Below are positions 40,027 through 62,405 of a stretch of 64,000 bases of DNA, one piece after another; the first letter of the stretch is position 1, and each line of letters opens with the position of its first letter. The stretch is from Pseudomonadota bacterium (lineage in GTDB: Bacteria; Pseudomonadota; Gammaproteobacteria; Steroidobacterales; Steroidobacteraceae). The notes under the pieces are model-generated. The model saw only the letters and a list, made by a program, of their open reading frames with translations. It did no database searches and was not told the DNA's origin. The translations under genes and the position numbers were made by a program. The DNA lies in contig JADJXW010000006.1 of assembly GCA_016720075.1 (NCBI GenBank), positions 36,747-100,746 of the forward strand, given 5' to 3'.

Positions 40027-40069
40027 AGTCGGCAGGCCCTTAAGAGCGGCACGTCCGCGGAAGTTGGTG

Positions 40070-40444
40070 ATGAACGAACAGGTACGCGATCAAGAGACGA
40101 GTGGCAGCAGCCTGCCACTGTGGATAGCCATCGCGCTGCTGCTGGCGGGCGTCGCGGGCTACTACGTGCTCGGCACGCAGCCGGCGCTGGTTCGCTGGGG
40201 CTGCGTTGTCGCGGGCCTGGTTGCGGGCGGCCTGGTCTTCGGGTTGTCCGCCGGTGGGCGCGACTTCCGGCAGTTCACCGTGGATGCGCGCAACGAGCTG
40301 CGCAAGGTGTTCTGGCCGTCGAAGAACGAAACCTGGATCACCACGCTGGCGGTGTTCGTGTTCGCCGTGGTGACTGGCATCGCGTTCTGGCTGCTCGATC
40401 TCTTCCTCGCATGGGCGACGAAACTCCTCACGGGGCAAGGCTGA
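40070..40444 (+). CDS. secE: preprotein translocase subunit SecE
   Basis: ATG 40070 (the ORF opens at TTG 40064). It has three TM segments and a conserved C-terminal block [33 protein letters not shown]. It precedes nusG. Confidence 0.9.
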   Translation: MNEQVRDQETSGSSLPLWIAIALLLAGVAGYYVLGTQPALVRWGCVVAGLVAGGLVFGLSAGGRDFRQFTVDARNELRKVFWPSKNETWITTLAVFVFAVVTGIAFWLLDLFLAWATKLLTGQG

Positions 40445-40445
40445 T

Positions 40446-40979
40446 ATGGCGCTTAGATGGTATGTAGTGCACGCCTACTCGAATTTCGAGCATCGCGTTG
40501 CCGAGTCGCTGAAGGATCGCATCAAGCGCGATGGCCTCGAGGCCAAGTTCGGCGAGATCCTCGTGCCCACGGAAGAAGTGGTGGAGATGCGCGAGGGCCA
40601 GAAGCGCCGCAGCGAGCGCAAGTTCTACCCCGGCTACGTGCTGGTGCAGATGGAGATGGACGAGACCACCTGGCATCTGGTGAAGGATGTGCCGAAGGTG
40701 CTCGGTTTCATCGGCGGCACGCCCGACAAGCCGGCGCCGATCACGGAGAAGGAAGCCAACCGCATCCTGGACCGTGTGGCCGAAGGCGTCGACAAGCCGC
40801 GGCCGAAGGTGCTGTTCGAGCCGGGCCAGGTGGTGCGCGTGACGCACGGCCCGTTCAACGATTTCAACGGCGTGGTCGAGAACGTCAACTACGAGAAGAG
40901 CCGGCTGCAGGTGGCCGTGCAGATTCTGGGTCGCTCCACGCCTGTCGAGCTGGATTTTTCTCAGGTGGAGAAAGCCTGA
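40446..40979 (+). CDS. nusG: transcription termination/antitermination factor NusG
   Basis: [15 protein letters not shown]..., and a KOW motif region [21 protein letters not shown]. Confidence 0.95.
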   Translation: MALRWYVVHAYSNFEHRVAESLKDRIKRDGLEAKFGEILVPTEEVVEMREGQKRRSERKFYPGYVLVQMEMDETTWHLVKDVPKVLGFIGGTPDKPAPITEKEANRILDRVAEGVDKPRPKVLFEPGQVVRVTHGPFNDFNGVVENVNYEKSRLQVAVQILGRSTPVELDFSQVEKA

Positions 40980-41061
40980 GGTTTGTGTAATCCCCGGCAA
41001 TAGTGCCGGTAACCAATGGGGAGCCACCCGGAAGGGCGGCGTTTGTACCCAGGAGACGTAA

Positions 41062-41493
41062 ATGGCGAAGAAAGTACAAGGCTACGTGAAGCTGCAGGTG
41101 CCTGCGGGCTCTGCCAATCCGTCGCCGCCGATCGGGCCCGCGCTCGGTCAGCAGGGCGTCAACATCATGGAGTTCTGCAAGCAGTTCAATGCGCAGACCC
41201 AGAAGCTGGAGAAGGGCCTGCCGATTCCCGTGATCATCACGGTGTACTCGGACCGCAGCTTCACCTTCATCATGAAGACGCCGCCCGCGTCGGTGCTGAT
41301 CCGCAAGGCGATCGGCATCGAGAAGGGCAGTGGCGTTCCCAACACCCAGAAGGTCGGCAAGATCTCGCGCAAGCAGCTTGAAGAAGTTGCCAAGACGAAG
41401 ACCCCCGATCTCACCGCGGCCGACCTCGAAGCCGCCGTGCGCACCATCGCGGGCACCGCCCGCTCGATGGGCGTCGACGTGGAAGGCGTGTAA
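41062..41493 (+). CDS. rplK: 50S ribosomal protein L11
   Basis: [40 protein letters not shown]... Confidence 0.95.
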   Translation: MAKKVQGYVKLQVPAGSANPSPPIGPALGQQGVNIMEFCKQFNAQTQKLEKGLPIPVIITVYSDRSFTFIMKTPPASVLIRKAIGIEKGSGVPNTQKVGKISRKQLEEVAKTKTPDLTAADLEAAVRTIAGTARSMGVDVEGV

Positions 41494-41505
41494 GGGAGCG
41501 ATGTC

Positions 41506-42198
41506 ATGACTGTTGCCAAGAAAGTAAAGACCTGGAAGTCGAAGCTCGTTCCGGGCAAGGCCTACTCGATCGATGAGGCCCTGGGCCTGGTGAAGGAATT
41601 CGCCACGGCGAAGTTCAACGAATCGGTGGATGTCGCGGTGAACCTCGGCATCGACGCGTCGAAGTCCGACCAGCAGGTGCGCGGCTCGACCGTGATGCCG
41701 CATGGCACGGGCAAGACCGTGCGCGTGGCGGTGTTCACCTCGGGCAAGAACCAGGAAATCGCGCGGGCGGCCGGTGCCGACCTCGTGGGCCTGGAAGACC
41801 TGGCCGAGAAGGTGAAGGCCGGCGAGATCAACTTCGACCGCGTGATCGCGAGCCCCGACGCCATGCGCGTCGTCGGCCAGCTGGGCCAGATCCTCGGCCC
41901 CCGCGGCCTGATGCCGAACCCGAAGGTCGGCACGGTGACGCCGGACGTGGCCACCGCCGTGAAGAACGCCAAGTCGGGCCAGGTCACCTACCGCGTCGAC
42001 AAGGCCGGCGTGATCCACGCCACCATCGGCAAGGCGAAGTTCGAGCCGCTGGCGCTGCGCGAGAACCTGCAGGCGCTGGTGGCAGACCTGCAGAAGGCGA
42101 AGCCGGCCAGCTCGAAGGGCATCTACGTGAAGCGCGTCACCCTGTCGTCAACGATGGGCCCTGGCGTGATCGTCGATCATTCGACGCTGGTTTCGTAA
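41506..42198 (+). CDS. rplA: 50S ribosomal protein L1
   Basis: 230 aa. ...[34 protein letters not shown]... Confidence 0.95.
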   Translation: MTVAKKVKTWKSKLVPGKAYSIDEALGLVKEFATAKFNESVDVAVNLGIDASKSDQQVRGSTVMPHGTGKTVRVAVFTSGKNQEIARAAGADLVGLEDLAEKVKAGEINFDRVIASPDAMRVVGQLGQILGPRGLMPNPKVGTVTPDVATAVKNAKSGQVTYRVDKAGVIHATIGKAKFEPLALRENLQALVADLQKAKPASSKGIYVKRVTLSSTMGPGVIVDHSTLVS

Positions 42199-42432
42199 GG
42201 ATTTGAGAGTTTGATGTGGGTCGGCGTCGGGGCAGAAATGCACTGGCGCCGGTCATCGTCGAAGACCGCAGGCGGACGAGGCTGGCAACAGCGCGAGTCC
42301 TTAATGGAATGAAGCCTGCGCAGATGGTGTACGCACATCGGGAATCGATGTTGGTCACCGTCGTTTAGATGGTGGGTCGTGGTGGGCAACCGCTGCGATC
42401 CGTGTACAGGTGATTCAACTGGAGTTTGGTCA
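42199..42432 (+). promoter_or_regulatory. rplJ leader region (expected L10/L12 autoregulatory leader)
   Basis: A 234-nt non-coding gap between rplA and rplJ, the position of the L10 leader in other proteobacteria. I did not verify the structure. Confidence 0.4.
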
Positions 42433-42963
42433 ATGCCATTGAACCTGGAAGGCAAGAAGGCCCTGGTCGAGGAAGTCAGCGCGGTCGCGGCGAAAGCCCT
42501 GTCCGTGGTGGCGGCCGAGTACCGCGGCCTGACGGTCACCCAGATGACCGATCTGCGGTCGAAGGCTCGTGCCTCCGGCGTGTACATGCGTGTCGTAAAG
42601 AACACGCTGGCGCGCAAGGCCCTTGCCGGGACCGCGTTCGAGTCCATGGGTGCCGTGCTGAAAGGACCACTGGTGCTGGCGTTCTCGAAGGACGATCCGG
42701 GCGCTGCCGCGCGCGTGATCAAGGACTTCGCGAAGGCCAACGACAAGCTCGTGACCACGAATCTTTCGATCGGGGGCGCCGTGCTCTCCGCGAAGGACCT
42801 CGACAAGGTCGCGAGCCTGCCGACGAAGGAACAGGCGCTCTCGCAGCTGCTCGGTGTCATCAAGGCCCCGATCCAGAAGCTGGTCGCCACCATTCAGGCA
42901 CCGCAGGTCAAGTTCGTCCGCACCGTGGTCGCGATCCGCGACCAGAAACAGGCTGCGGGCTGA
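42433..42963 (+). CDS. rplJ: 50S ribosomal protein L10
   Basis: ATG 42433. MPLNLEGKKALVEEVSAVAAKALSVVAAEYRGLTVTQMTDLR... Confidence 0.95.
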   Translation: MPLNLEGKKALVEEVSAVAAKALSVVAAEYRGLTVTQMTDLRSKARASGVYMRVVKNTLARKALAGTAFESMGAVLKGPLVLAFSKDDPGAAARVIKDFAKANDKLVTTNLSIGGAVLSAKDLDKVASLPTKEQALSQLLGVIKAPIQKLVATIQAPQVKFVRTVVAIRDQKQAAG

Positions 42964-43009
42964 TCCGATTAACGATTCCCGTAATTAATTTAGTACTGGA
43001 GATATAGAA

Positions 43010-43393
43010 ATGGCCGTTTCCCGTGAAGAGATTGTCAACGCCATCGGCAACCTGAGCGTGCTGGAAGTCGTTGAGCTGATTTCGGACCTCGAGAAGAAGT
43101 TCGGTGTGACCGCTGCCGCCCCGGTGGCCGCCGTCGCTGTTGCCGCCGGCGCCGCGCCTGCTGCCGCTGTCGAAGAGCAGACCGAATTCAGCGTCACGCT
43201 GACCGAGTACCCGGCTGACAAGAAGGTCGGCGTCATCAAGGTCGTGCGCGAACTGACGGGCCTGGGCCTGAAGGAAGCCAAGGACCTCGTCGAGGGCGTG
43301 CCCGCCCTGGTCAAGGATGCCGTGGCCAAGGCCGACGTCGATGCGATGAAGAAGAAGCTCGAGGATGCCGGCGCCAAGGTCGTGGTCAAGTAA
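43010..43393 (+). CDS. rplL: 50S ribosomal protein L7/L12
   Basis: 127 aa with an Ala-rich hinge and C-terminal [20 protein letters not shown]. Confidence 0.95.
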   Translation: MAVSREEIVNAIGNLSVLEVVELISDLEKKFGVTAAAPVAAVAVAAGAAPAAAVEEQTEFSVTLTEYPADKKVGVIKVVRELTGLGLKEAKDLVEGVPALVKDAVAKADVDAMKKKLEDAGAKVVVK

Positions 43394-43533
43394 GACCCCG
43401 ATGCGGCTTCAAGGGTCCTACGTGGCCCAAAACGTGTTCCGCGGCACCGACCTGAATGGGTCGGTGGCTGCGGCGCGCGTGTCTCTCATGTTCTGAAGGT
43501 CAAGGGATCCCCCGCGGGATCAAGGTGAGTCCG

Positions 43534-47613
<4,080 letters not shown>

Positions 47614-47634
47614 GGCCGGAGCCAGGAGAAAACC

Positions 47635-51834
<4,200 letters not shown>

Positions 51835-51865
51835 GGTCCGGTACCCGACCTGTCTGAAAAGACCG

Positions 51866-51902
51866 GGGCGCAGCGGCGAAAGTCGTTGCGCCCTTTTTCT
51901 TT
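51866..51902 (+). terminator. rho-independent terminator after rpoC
   Basis: 10-bp stem GGGCGCAGCG / CGTTGCGCCC (one G-U pair), 8-nt loop, followed by TTTTTCTTT. Confidence 0.75.
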
Positions 51903-51968
51903 GCAACTGCATGTTCGCGCCACAAAGGCCTGCGCGCCCCGTGTCGCCGACAGTGCGACAATGCGCGC

Positions 51969-53840
<1,872 letters not shown>

Positions 53841-53848
53841 AGCGCGCG

Positions 53849-54487
53849 ATGCCCGATGCCGATGCACAGCCTGTCGACGCCGGACCCTTTGGCAAGTGGC
53901 TGGCCGCGATGCGCGCTGTCCTGCGCGGCGAACGTGATGCGGATGTTCCCTGCGGCAACTGCATCGGCTGCTGCGTGTCGTCCTATCCCATTCCGCTTCG
54001 CCCCGAAGATGTTCGCGCGCGCGCCGAGGTGCCCGAGGCGTTCCTTCTCGGCCGCACGGGTTCGGGTGAGCGCTGGTTGATGGGATTCCGGGAGGATGGC
54101 CGCTGCCCGTTCATGAACGAACGCAAGTGCGGCATCTATGCTGACCGCCCGCAGACCTGCCGTGACTACGACTGCCGGATCTATGCGGCCGCGGGCCTGG
54201 TGCCGGACGGCGAGCGACCGGTGATCGAGCAGCGCGTGCGCGAGTGGGTATTCACCTTCGAATCGGACGCGCAGCGCGCCGAGGCCGCGGCGGTACGACG
54301 CGCCGCGCGGTTCGTTCGCGCGAACGCGGCGCTATTTCCGGCCAGCGTTCGCGCCGGCTCGGCAACGGCCGCCGCCGTGCTCGCGGTGAAGGCGTACCCG
54401 GTGTTCATGGCAGAAGTGGCTGCCCCGCCAGAACAGCTGGTGCGGCGCATGCTGGAACTTGTGCGCGAGTTCGACGCCGCCCAATAG
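53849..54487 (+). CDS. YkgJ-family (UPF0153) cysteine-cluster protein
   Basis: CGNCIGCC (CxxCxxCC) near the N-terminus, then CPFMNERKCGIYADRPQTCRDYDC. Confidence 0.75.
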   Translation: MPDADAQPVDAGPFGKWLAAMRAVLRGERDADVPCGNCIGCCVSSYPIPLRPEDVRARAEVPEAFLLGRTGSGERWLMGFREDGRCPFMNERKCGIYADRPQTCRDYDCRIYAAAGLVPDGERPVIEQRVREWVFTFESDAQRAEAAAVRRAARFVRANAALFPASVRAGSATAAAVLAVKAYPVFMAEVAAPPEQLVRRMLELVREFDAAQ

Positions 54488-54519
54488 CCCGCAGGCTGCG
54501 GCGCACATTCGCTATGCCA

Positions 54520-54549
54520 AAAGAAAGGCCCCTTCCGGGGCCCTTCTTT
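54520..54549. terminator. bidirectional hairpin terminator between convergent genes
   Basis: AAAGAAAGGCCCC-TTCC-GGGGCCCTTCTTT. The stem has one mismatch, with A-run and T-run flanks on both sides. Confidence 0.7.
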
Positions 54550-54584
54550 GATCCACCGTCGAGCGCGCCAGGCGCTCGGGGCGA

Positions 54585-56735
54585 TCAGCCGCCGGAGGCC
54601 TTCGCCTTCGCCGCGTCGGCAATGACCACGTCGGCCACGTTCTTCGGCACCGGATCGTAGTGCGAGAACTCCATGGTGTACGACGCACGGCCCGAGCTCA
54701 TCGCGCGCAGGTTGCCGATGTAGCCGAACATCTCCGACAGCGGCACGGTGGCCACCACGGCGATGTTCGCGCCGCGCTCGAGCTGCTCCTGGATCTGGCC
54801 GCGACGGCGGTTCAGGTCGCCGATCACGTCGCCCAGGTAGTCGCCCGGCGTCACCACCTCGACCTTCATCACCGGCTCGAGCAGGATGGGACCGGCCTTC
54901 TTGATGGCTTCGCGGAAAGCCGCCTTGGCGGCGATTTCGAAGGTCATCGCGTTGGAGTCGACGTCGTGGTAGCTGCCGTCCACCAGCGTGGCCTTGAAGT
55001 CCACGGTGGGGAAGCGGGCGAGCACGCCGTCTTCCTTCTGCACCTTCAGGCCCTTTTCCACCGAGGGCACGAATTCGCGCGGCACCGAGCCGCCGACGGT
55101 TTCGTCCTCGAACACGAAGCCCGAACCGCGCTCGAGCGGCTCGAACTTGATCCACACCTCGGCGAACTGGCCCGAACCGCCGGTCTGCTTCTTGTGCGTG
55201 TAGTTTTCCTGGATGGGCTTGGTGAAGGTTTCGCGGTAGGCCACCTGCGGCTGGCCCATCACGCCTTCCACGTTGAACTCGGTGCGCATGCGGTCGAGCG
55301 TGACGTCGAGGTGCAGCTCGCCCATGCCGCGCAGGATGGTTTCACCCGTCTCGCGGTCGGTCTCGAGCTTCAGCGAGGGATCGGCGCGGACCATCTTGCC
55401 CAGCGCGGCGCCGAACTTCTCGAGCTCGGCCTTGTTCTTCGGCTTCACCGACACGCTGATCACGGGCTCGGGGAAGCGCATGCGCTCCAGGATGACCGGA
55501 TGGGCGGCATCGCAGAGCGAATCGCCAGTGTCGGTTTCCTGCATCGAGACCAGCGCGATGATGTCACCGGCGCGGGCTTCCTCGATGGCGTTGGCTTCCT
55601 TGGCGAACATCTCCACCATGCGGCCGATCTTCTCGCGCTTGCCGCGCGTGCTGTTCTGCACCGAGGCGCCGCGGGTGAGCACGCCCGAATACACGCGCAC
55701 GAAGGTGAGCGCGCCGTAGGCGTCGTTGATCACCTTGAACGCCAGCGCCGAGAACGGCTCGTCGTCCGAGCAGATGCGCTGGCCGTTCGGGTTGCCGTCC
55801 TCATCCACCGTCGCGATGGCTTCGACGTCCGTCGGCGCAGGCAGGTAGTCGACGACGGCGTCCAGCATCTGCTGCACGCCCTTGTTCTTGTAGGACGAAC
55901 CGCACAGCACCACGGTGAATGCGCCGTTGATGGTGCCCTTGCGGATGCAGGCCTTCAGCGTTTCGACCGAGGGCTCGGTGCCGTCGAGGAAGGCTTCCAT
56001 GGCGGCATCGTCCTGCTCGAGGCAGGTGTCGACCAGTTCGCTGCGGTACTTGGGCACCGAGTCGAGGATGGCGCGATCCGACGGCACGGTGATGCCGAAC
56101 TTGTCGGCGAGGTTGCCGGTGAGCTCGTGGATGTCCCACTTCGCGTCGCGATCGTCGGAGTCCCAGGTGTAGGCCTTGTTCTCGACCAGGTCGACCATGC
56201 CCTTGAAGTTGTCTTCCGAGCCGATCGGCAGGTGGCACACCAGCGGGCGCGCGCCCAGGCGCTTCTTGATCATGTCCACGCAGCGCAGGAAGCCGGCGCC
56301 GCTGCGGTCCATCTTGTTCACGTAGCACATGCGCGGGACTTTGTAGTTGTCCGCCAGGCGCCAGTTCGTTTCTGACTGCGGCTCGACGCCCGCCACGCCG
56401 TCGAACACCACGACCGCGCCGTCGAGCACGCGCAGCGAGCGGTTCACCTCGATGGTGAAGTCGACGTGCCCCGGGGTGTCGATGATGTTGAGCTTCTTGC
56501 CCTTCCAGAACGCCGACACGGCGGCCGACTGGATGGTGATGCCGCGCTTCTGTTCCTGTTCCAGGTAGTCCGTCGTCGTCGAGGACTTCAGATCCTTCGT
56601 GTCGTGCACGTCGACGATCGTGTGCTTGCGCCCCGTGTAGTAGAGGATGCGCTCGGTGGTCGTGGTCTTGCCGGCATCGACGTGGGCGATGATGCCGATG
56701 TTGCGGATGTCAGCCAGGGGCGTTGTACGGGGCAT
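54585..56735 (-). CDS. divergent elongation factor G paralogue (716 aa)
   Basis: The real start is ATG 56735 ([28 protein letters not shown]). G motifs DTPGHVDF and NKMD, domain IV tip DGSYHDVDS. Full five-domain length but clearly diverged from the str-operon fusA, by eye-alignment. The first 259 codons of ORF ..57512 are spurious. Confidence 0.9.
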   Translation of the reverse strand: MPRTTPLADIRNIGIIAHVDAGKTTTTERILYYTGRKHTIVDVHDTKDLKSSTTTDYLEQEQKRGITIQSAAVSAFWKGKKLNIIDTPGHVDFTIEVNRSLRVLDGAVVVFDGVAGVEPQSETNWRLADNYKVPRMCYVNKMDRSGAGFLRCVDMIKKRLGARPLVCHLPIGSEDNFKGMVDLVENKAYTWDSDDRDAKWDIHELTGNLADKFGITVPSDRAILDSVPKYRSELVDTCLEQDDAAMEAFLDGTEPSVETLKACIRKGTINGAFTVVLCGSSYKNKGVQQMLDAVVDYLPAPTDVEAIATVDEDGNPNGQRICSDDEPFSALAFKVINDAYGALTFVRVYSGVLTRGASVQNSTRGKREKIGRMVEMFAKEANAIEEARAGDIIALVSMQETDTGDSLCDAAHPVILERMRFPEPVISVSVKPKNKAELEKFGAALGKMVRADPSLKLETDRETGETILRGMGELHLDVTLDRMRTEFNVEGVMGQPQVAYRETFTKPIQENYTHKKQTGGSGQFAEVWIKFEPLERGSGFVFEDETVGGSVPREFVPSVEKGLKVQKEDGVLARFPTVDFKATLVDGSYHDVDSNAMTFEIAAKAAFREAIKKAGPILLEPVMKVEVVTPGDYLGDVIGDLNRRRGQIQEQLERGANIAVVATVPLSEMFGYIGNLRAMSSGRASYTMEFSHYDPVPKNVADVVIADAAKAKASGG

Positions 56736-56882
56736 TGCTACGGTTCCAGAAGCTTCGGGATGGGGGCTTTTTGAGGCGCGCAAGGATACGCGAAATCGGT
56801 CGCGTTCGTGCCGTGGCGATGGGTTCATGCTGCATTGCAAAAGCACCTCGTACCCAGACTGGCGTTCAGGGCCGGAATCGCG

Positions 56883-56911
56883 TTGACACCCCCCTGGCGC
56901 GTCCATACACT
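56883..56911 (+). promoter_or_regulatory. candidate sigma70 promoter of the str operon
   Basis: TTGACA (56883-56888), 17-nt spacer, TACACT (56906-56911). It would give a leader of about 205 nt before rpsL. Confidence 0.55.
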
Positions 56912-57122
56912 TCCGCGCCTCTTTGGGGTCGCCTTCGGCTCCGGGACAAACCTGTGGACGCCTTGAGCGGACCACGAGACCACCACCAGATGCCTGGTCG
57001 TCGGTCGCCCGCCTGTGTTCTCCAGCGTCCCTGACGCCGGATGTTTTGCAGGCGCCAGCGATCCTTCGTGCCTGCGTCTGGCGTTCGAACTTTCGATGTA
57101 GACCAGTATTTACGGAGACCGC

Positions 57123-57497
57123 ATGGCAACGACCAGTCAGCTGATCCGAGCACCCCGCCGGACCGCCGCTGAGAAGACCAAGGTGCCCGCCCTCGGCGCC
57201 GCCCCGCAGAAGCGCGGCGTGTGCACGCGCGTGTACACCACCACGCCCAAGAAGCCGAACTCGGCCCTGCGCAAGGTCTGCCGCGTGCGCCTGGTGAACG
57301 GCTACGAGGTCACCAGCTACATCGGCGGCGAAGGCCACAACCTGCAGGAGCACTCGGTGGTGCTGATCCGCGGCGGCCGCGTCAAGGATCTCCCCGGCGT
57401 GCGCTACCACACCGTTCGCGGCTCGCTCGACTGCTCCGGCGTCAACGACCGCCGCCAGAGCCGTTCCAAGTACGGCGCCAAGCGCCCGAAGAAGTAA
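57123..57497 (+). CDS. rpsL: 30S ribosomal protein S12
   Basis: [13 protein letters not shown]...[16 protein letters not shown]... Confidence 0.97.
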   Translation: MATTSQLIRAPRRTAAEKTKVPALGAAPQKRGVCTRVYTTTPKKPNSALRKVCRVRLVNGYEVTSYIGGEGHNLQEHSVVLIRGGRVKDLPGVRYHTVRGSLDCSGVNDRRQSRSKYGAKRPKK

Positions 57498-57515
57498 GGT
57501 TTCAGGAGTCACACC

Positions 57516-57993
<478 letters not shown>

Positions 57994-58046
57994 TTTTTCG
58001 GGGGCCGCTCCGCGGACCCCGTTGACCCCCCCGCGAAGCGGTATAT

Positions 58047-60134
58047 ATGGCTCGTGTCACGCCCCTGGAGCGTTACCGGAACATCGGCATCTCTGCCCAC
58101 ATCGATGCGGGCAAGACGACGACGACCGAGCGCATCCTTTTCTACACGGGCGTGTCGCACAAGATCGGTGAAGTGCACGACGGCGCGGCCGTCATGGACT
58201 ACATGGAGCAGGAACAGGAGCGCGGCATCACGATCACCTCCGCCGCCACCACCTGCTTCTGGAAGGGGATGGAAAGCCAGTTCCCCGAGCACCGCATCAA
58301 CATCATCGACACGCCGGGCCACGTGGACTTCACCATCGAGGTCGAACGCAGCCTGCGCGTGCTCGACAGCGCCGTGGCGCTGTTCGATTCGGTGGCGGGC
58401 GTGCAGCCGCAGTCCGAAACGGTGTGGCGGCAGATGAACCGCTACGGCGTGCCGCGCATCGCGTTCGTCAACAAGATGGACCGCGCCGGCGCCGACTTCC
58501 TGCGCGTGGTCGAGATGATCCGGCAGCGCCTGCGCGCCAATCCGGTGCCCATCCAGCTGGCCATCGGCGCCGAAGACACCTTCGAGGGCGTGGTCGACCT
58601 GATCCGCATGAAGGCCATCTACTGGGACATGGAAACCCAGGGGATGAAGTTCCAGTACAAGGACATCCCGGCGGGCCTGAAGACCCAGGCCGAGGAATAC
58701 CGCGCGAAGATGATCGAGGCCGCCGCCGAAGGCGACGACGCGCTCACCGAGAAGTTCCTCGAAGGCAAGGAACTGACCGACACCGAGATCAAGCGCGGCC
58801 TGAAGGCCCGCTCGCTCAAGAACGAGATCGTGCTGTGCATGTGCGGCACCGCGTTCAAGAACAAGGGGGTCCAGGCCCTGCTCGACGCCGTGATCGACTT
58901 CATGCCGTCGCCGATGGAACTGCCCGACACCAAGGGCATCGATGACCGCGGCGAGGCGGCCTCGCGCAAGCCTTCGGACGAGGCGCCGTTCTCGGCGCTG
59001 GCGTTCAAGATCCTGAACGACCCGTTCGTGGGCAACCTCACCTTCTTCCGCGTGTATTCCGGCGTGCTGAAGTCCGGCGACCAGGTCTACCTGCCCACCA
59101 AGAGCAAGCGCGAGCGCATCGGCCGCCTGCTGCAGATGCACGCCAGCGATCGTACCGAGATCAAGGAAGTGCGCTCGGGCGACATCGCCGCGGCCGTGGG
59201 CCTCAAGGATGTGATCACGGGCGACACGCTGTGCAGCGAAGACAAGATCATCACCCTCGAGAAGATGGTGATCCCGGTGCCCGTGATCCAGGTGGCCGTC
59301 GAGCCCCGGACCGTGGCCGACCAGGAGAAGATGGGCATGGCGCTGCAGCGACTTGCCCGCGAAGACCCTTCGTTCCGCGTGTCCACCGATGAGGAATCGG
59401 GCCAGACGCTGATCGCCGGCATGGGCGAGCTGCACCTGGAGATCATCGTCGACCGCATGAAGCGCGAGTTCAAGGTCGAGGCCAATGTCGGCAAGCCGCA
59501 GGTGGCCTACCGCGAGACCATCCGCGCCACCGTGGAATCCGAGGGCAAGCACGTCAAGCAGTCGGGCGGCCGCGGGCAGTTCGGCCATGTGTGGCTGAAG
59601 CTCGAGCCGAACGAGGAAGGCAAGGGCGTCGAGTTCATCAACGGCATCGTGGGCGGCACCGTGCCGCGCGAGTTCATCCCCGCCGTGGAGAAGGGCGTCT
59701 ACGAGGCCATCGAGACCGGCGTGATGGCCGGCTATCCCGTGGTCGACGTGAAGGTGACGCTGTTCGACGGCTCGTACCACGACGTCGATTCCGACGAGAT
59801 TTCCTTCCGCATGGCCTCGATCTTCGGTTTCAAGGACGGCTTCAGAAAGGCGCGTCCCGTGATCCTCGAGCCCATCATGAAGGTCGAGGTAGTCACCCCC
59901 GAGGACTACATGGGCGACGTGATCGGCGACCTGAATCGCCGCCGTGGCCAGATCTTGGGGCTGGAAGACACGCCCGCGGGCAAGACCGTGACAGCGGAAG
60001 TGCCGCTGGCCGAGATGTTCGGCTATGCGACGAACGTGCGCTCGATGAGCCAGGGCAGGGCGACGTTCACGATGGAGTTTTCGAAGTACATGGAGGTTCC
60101 GGCGAACGTCGCCGAAACCATCATCAACAATTAA
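58047..60134 (+). CDS. fusA: elongation factor G
   Basis: [28 protein letters not shown]..., 695 aa, canonical position after rpsG. Confidence 0.97.
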   Translation: MARVTPLERYRNIGISAHIDAGKTTTTERILFYTGVSHKIGEVHDGAAVMDYMEQEQERGITITSAATTCFWKGMESQFPEHRINIIDTPGHVDFTIEVERSLRVLDSAVALFDSVAGVQPQSETVWRQMNRYGVPRIAFVNKMDRAGADFLRVVEMIRQRLRANPVPIQLAIGAEDTFEGVVDLIRMKAIYWDMETQGMKFQYKDIPAGLKTQAEEYRAKMIEAAAEGDDALTEKFLEGKELTDTEIKRGLKARSLKNEIVLCMCGTAFKNKGVQALLDAVIDFMPSPMELPDTKGIDDRGEAASRKPSDEAPFSALAFKILNDPFVGNLTFFRVYSGVLKSGDQVYLPTKSKRERIGRLLQMHASDRTEIKEVRSGDIAAAVGLKDVITGDTLCSEDKIITLEKMVIPVPVIQVAVEPRTVADQEKMGMALQRLAREDPSFRVSTDEESGQTLIAGMGELHLEIIVDRMKREFKVEANVGKPQVAYRETIRATVESEGKHVKQSGGRGQFGHVWLKLEPNEEGKGVEFINGIVGGTVPREFIPAVEKGVYEAIETGVMAGYPVVDVKVTLFDGSYHDVDSDEISFRMASIFGFKDGFRKARPVILEPIMKVEVVTPEDYMGDVIGDLNRRRGQILGLEDTPAGKTVTAEVPLAEMFGYATNVRSMSQGRATFTMEFSKYMEVPANVAETIINN

Positions 60135-60159
60135 GTCCTAACCACCAGGGTACACACAC

Positions 60160-61349
<1,190 letters not shown>

Positions 61350-61361
61350 GGAAAGATATTC

Positions 61362-61673
61362 ATGGCAAACCAGAACATCCGCATTCGCCTGAAGGCGTTC
61401 GATCACCGCCTGATCGACACTTCGGCGAAGGAAATCGTCGAGACCGCCAAGCGCACGGGTGCAACCGTGCGCGGCCCGGTGCCGCTGCCCACCAAGATGG
61501 AGAAATTCACCTTGCTGGTCTCGCCCCATGGCGACAAGGACGCGCGTGACCAGTTCGAGCTGCGCACGCACAAGCGCCTGATGGACATCCTCGACCCGAC
61601 CGACAAGACGGTGGACGCGCTGATGAAGCTCGAACTGCCGGCCGGCGTGGACGTCCAGATCAAGCTGAATTAA
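61362..61673 (+). CDS. rpsJ: 30S ribosomal protein S10
   Basis: [34 protein letters not shown]... Confidence 0.97.
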   Translation: MANQNIRIRLKAFDHRLIDTSAKEIVETAKRTGATVRGPVPLPTKMEKFTLLVSPHGDKDARDQFELRTHKRLMDILDPTDKTVDALMKLELPAGVDVQIKLN

Positions 61674-61679
61674 GGGGCG

Positions 61680-62405
61680 CTACGCCCCACGGTGCAATTC
61701 AAACTGGCAGATGGCGACCGCCGCTGCCAGGTTGAGTGATTCGATTGCGCCGGTTCCCTCGATGGTGAACGCCCTGGCCTTGATCAAGGCCAGGGCTTCC
61801 TTCGGCAGGCCACGAGCCTCGCTGCCATATACAAAGCACTGACGATCCCGGAAGGCCTGCGTGGCGATGGATTCGCCCTGCATGTCGAGCGCGGCTATGC
61901 GCCCATAGCGCGCGGGAAGTGATTCGAGCGTGACCTCGGTTTCCACTGGAACGTGCAGGATGGCGCCCATGCTGGCGCGCACCGCCTTGCCGTTGAAGGG
62001 CTCGACGCTGTCGGGGCTCAGCAGGCAGCGGTAGTTCCCGAACCACGCCAGCGTTCGCAGGATGGTGCCCAGGTTGCCCGGGTCCTGGATCTGGTGCAGG
62101 TAGACCGCCTTTTCGCCTGGCCTGGGCGGCGGCGGCGTCAGCAGCGGTGCCACCGCGACGATGCCCTGTGGCGTGCGCGTCTCGCTGATCTGCTGCATCT
62201 GCACCGATTTGACCTGGTGCATGGTGAACGGGCTGCGCCAGTGCTCGTATTCCCGCGTGCAGTAGATCTCGCAGGACAGAAGCTGCGGGTTGCGTGTGGC
62301 GGCTTTCTGCAGCTCGAGCACCAGGTGCTCGCCCTCCAGCAGGAACAGCCCGGCTTCCTCGCGGAACTTCTTCTGGTGCAGCTTGCGGATGTCTTCGATC
62401 TTCAC
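61680..62405 (-). CDS. TrmH/SpoU-family RNA 2'-O-methyltransferase
   Basis: GTG start. SpoU motifs QDPGNLGTILRT, VYGSEARGL, and IEGTGAIESLNLAAAVAICQFE. Confidence 0.8.
   Translation of the reverse strand: MKIEDIRKLHQKKFREEAGLFLLEGEHLVLELQKAATRNPQLLSCEIYCTREYEHWRSPFTMHQVKSVQMQQISETRTPQGIVAVAPLLTPPPPRPGEKAVYLHQIQDPGNLGTILRTLAWFGNYRCLLSPDSVEPFNGKAVRASMGAILHVPVETEVTLESLPARYGRIAALDMQGESIATQAFRDRQCFVYGSEARGLPKEALALIKARAFTIEGTGAIESLNLAAAVAICQFELHRGA

Noticed and set aside
56736-57512. N-terminal 259-aa extension of the 975-aa ORF containing the EF-G paralogue. It lies antisense to rpsL and crosses the intergenic region.
   Set aside because: EF-G homology begins exactly at [14 protein letters not shown] (ATG 56735). 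The extension is low complexity and overlaps rpsL.
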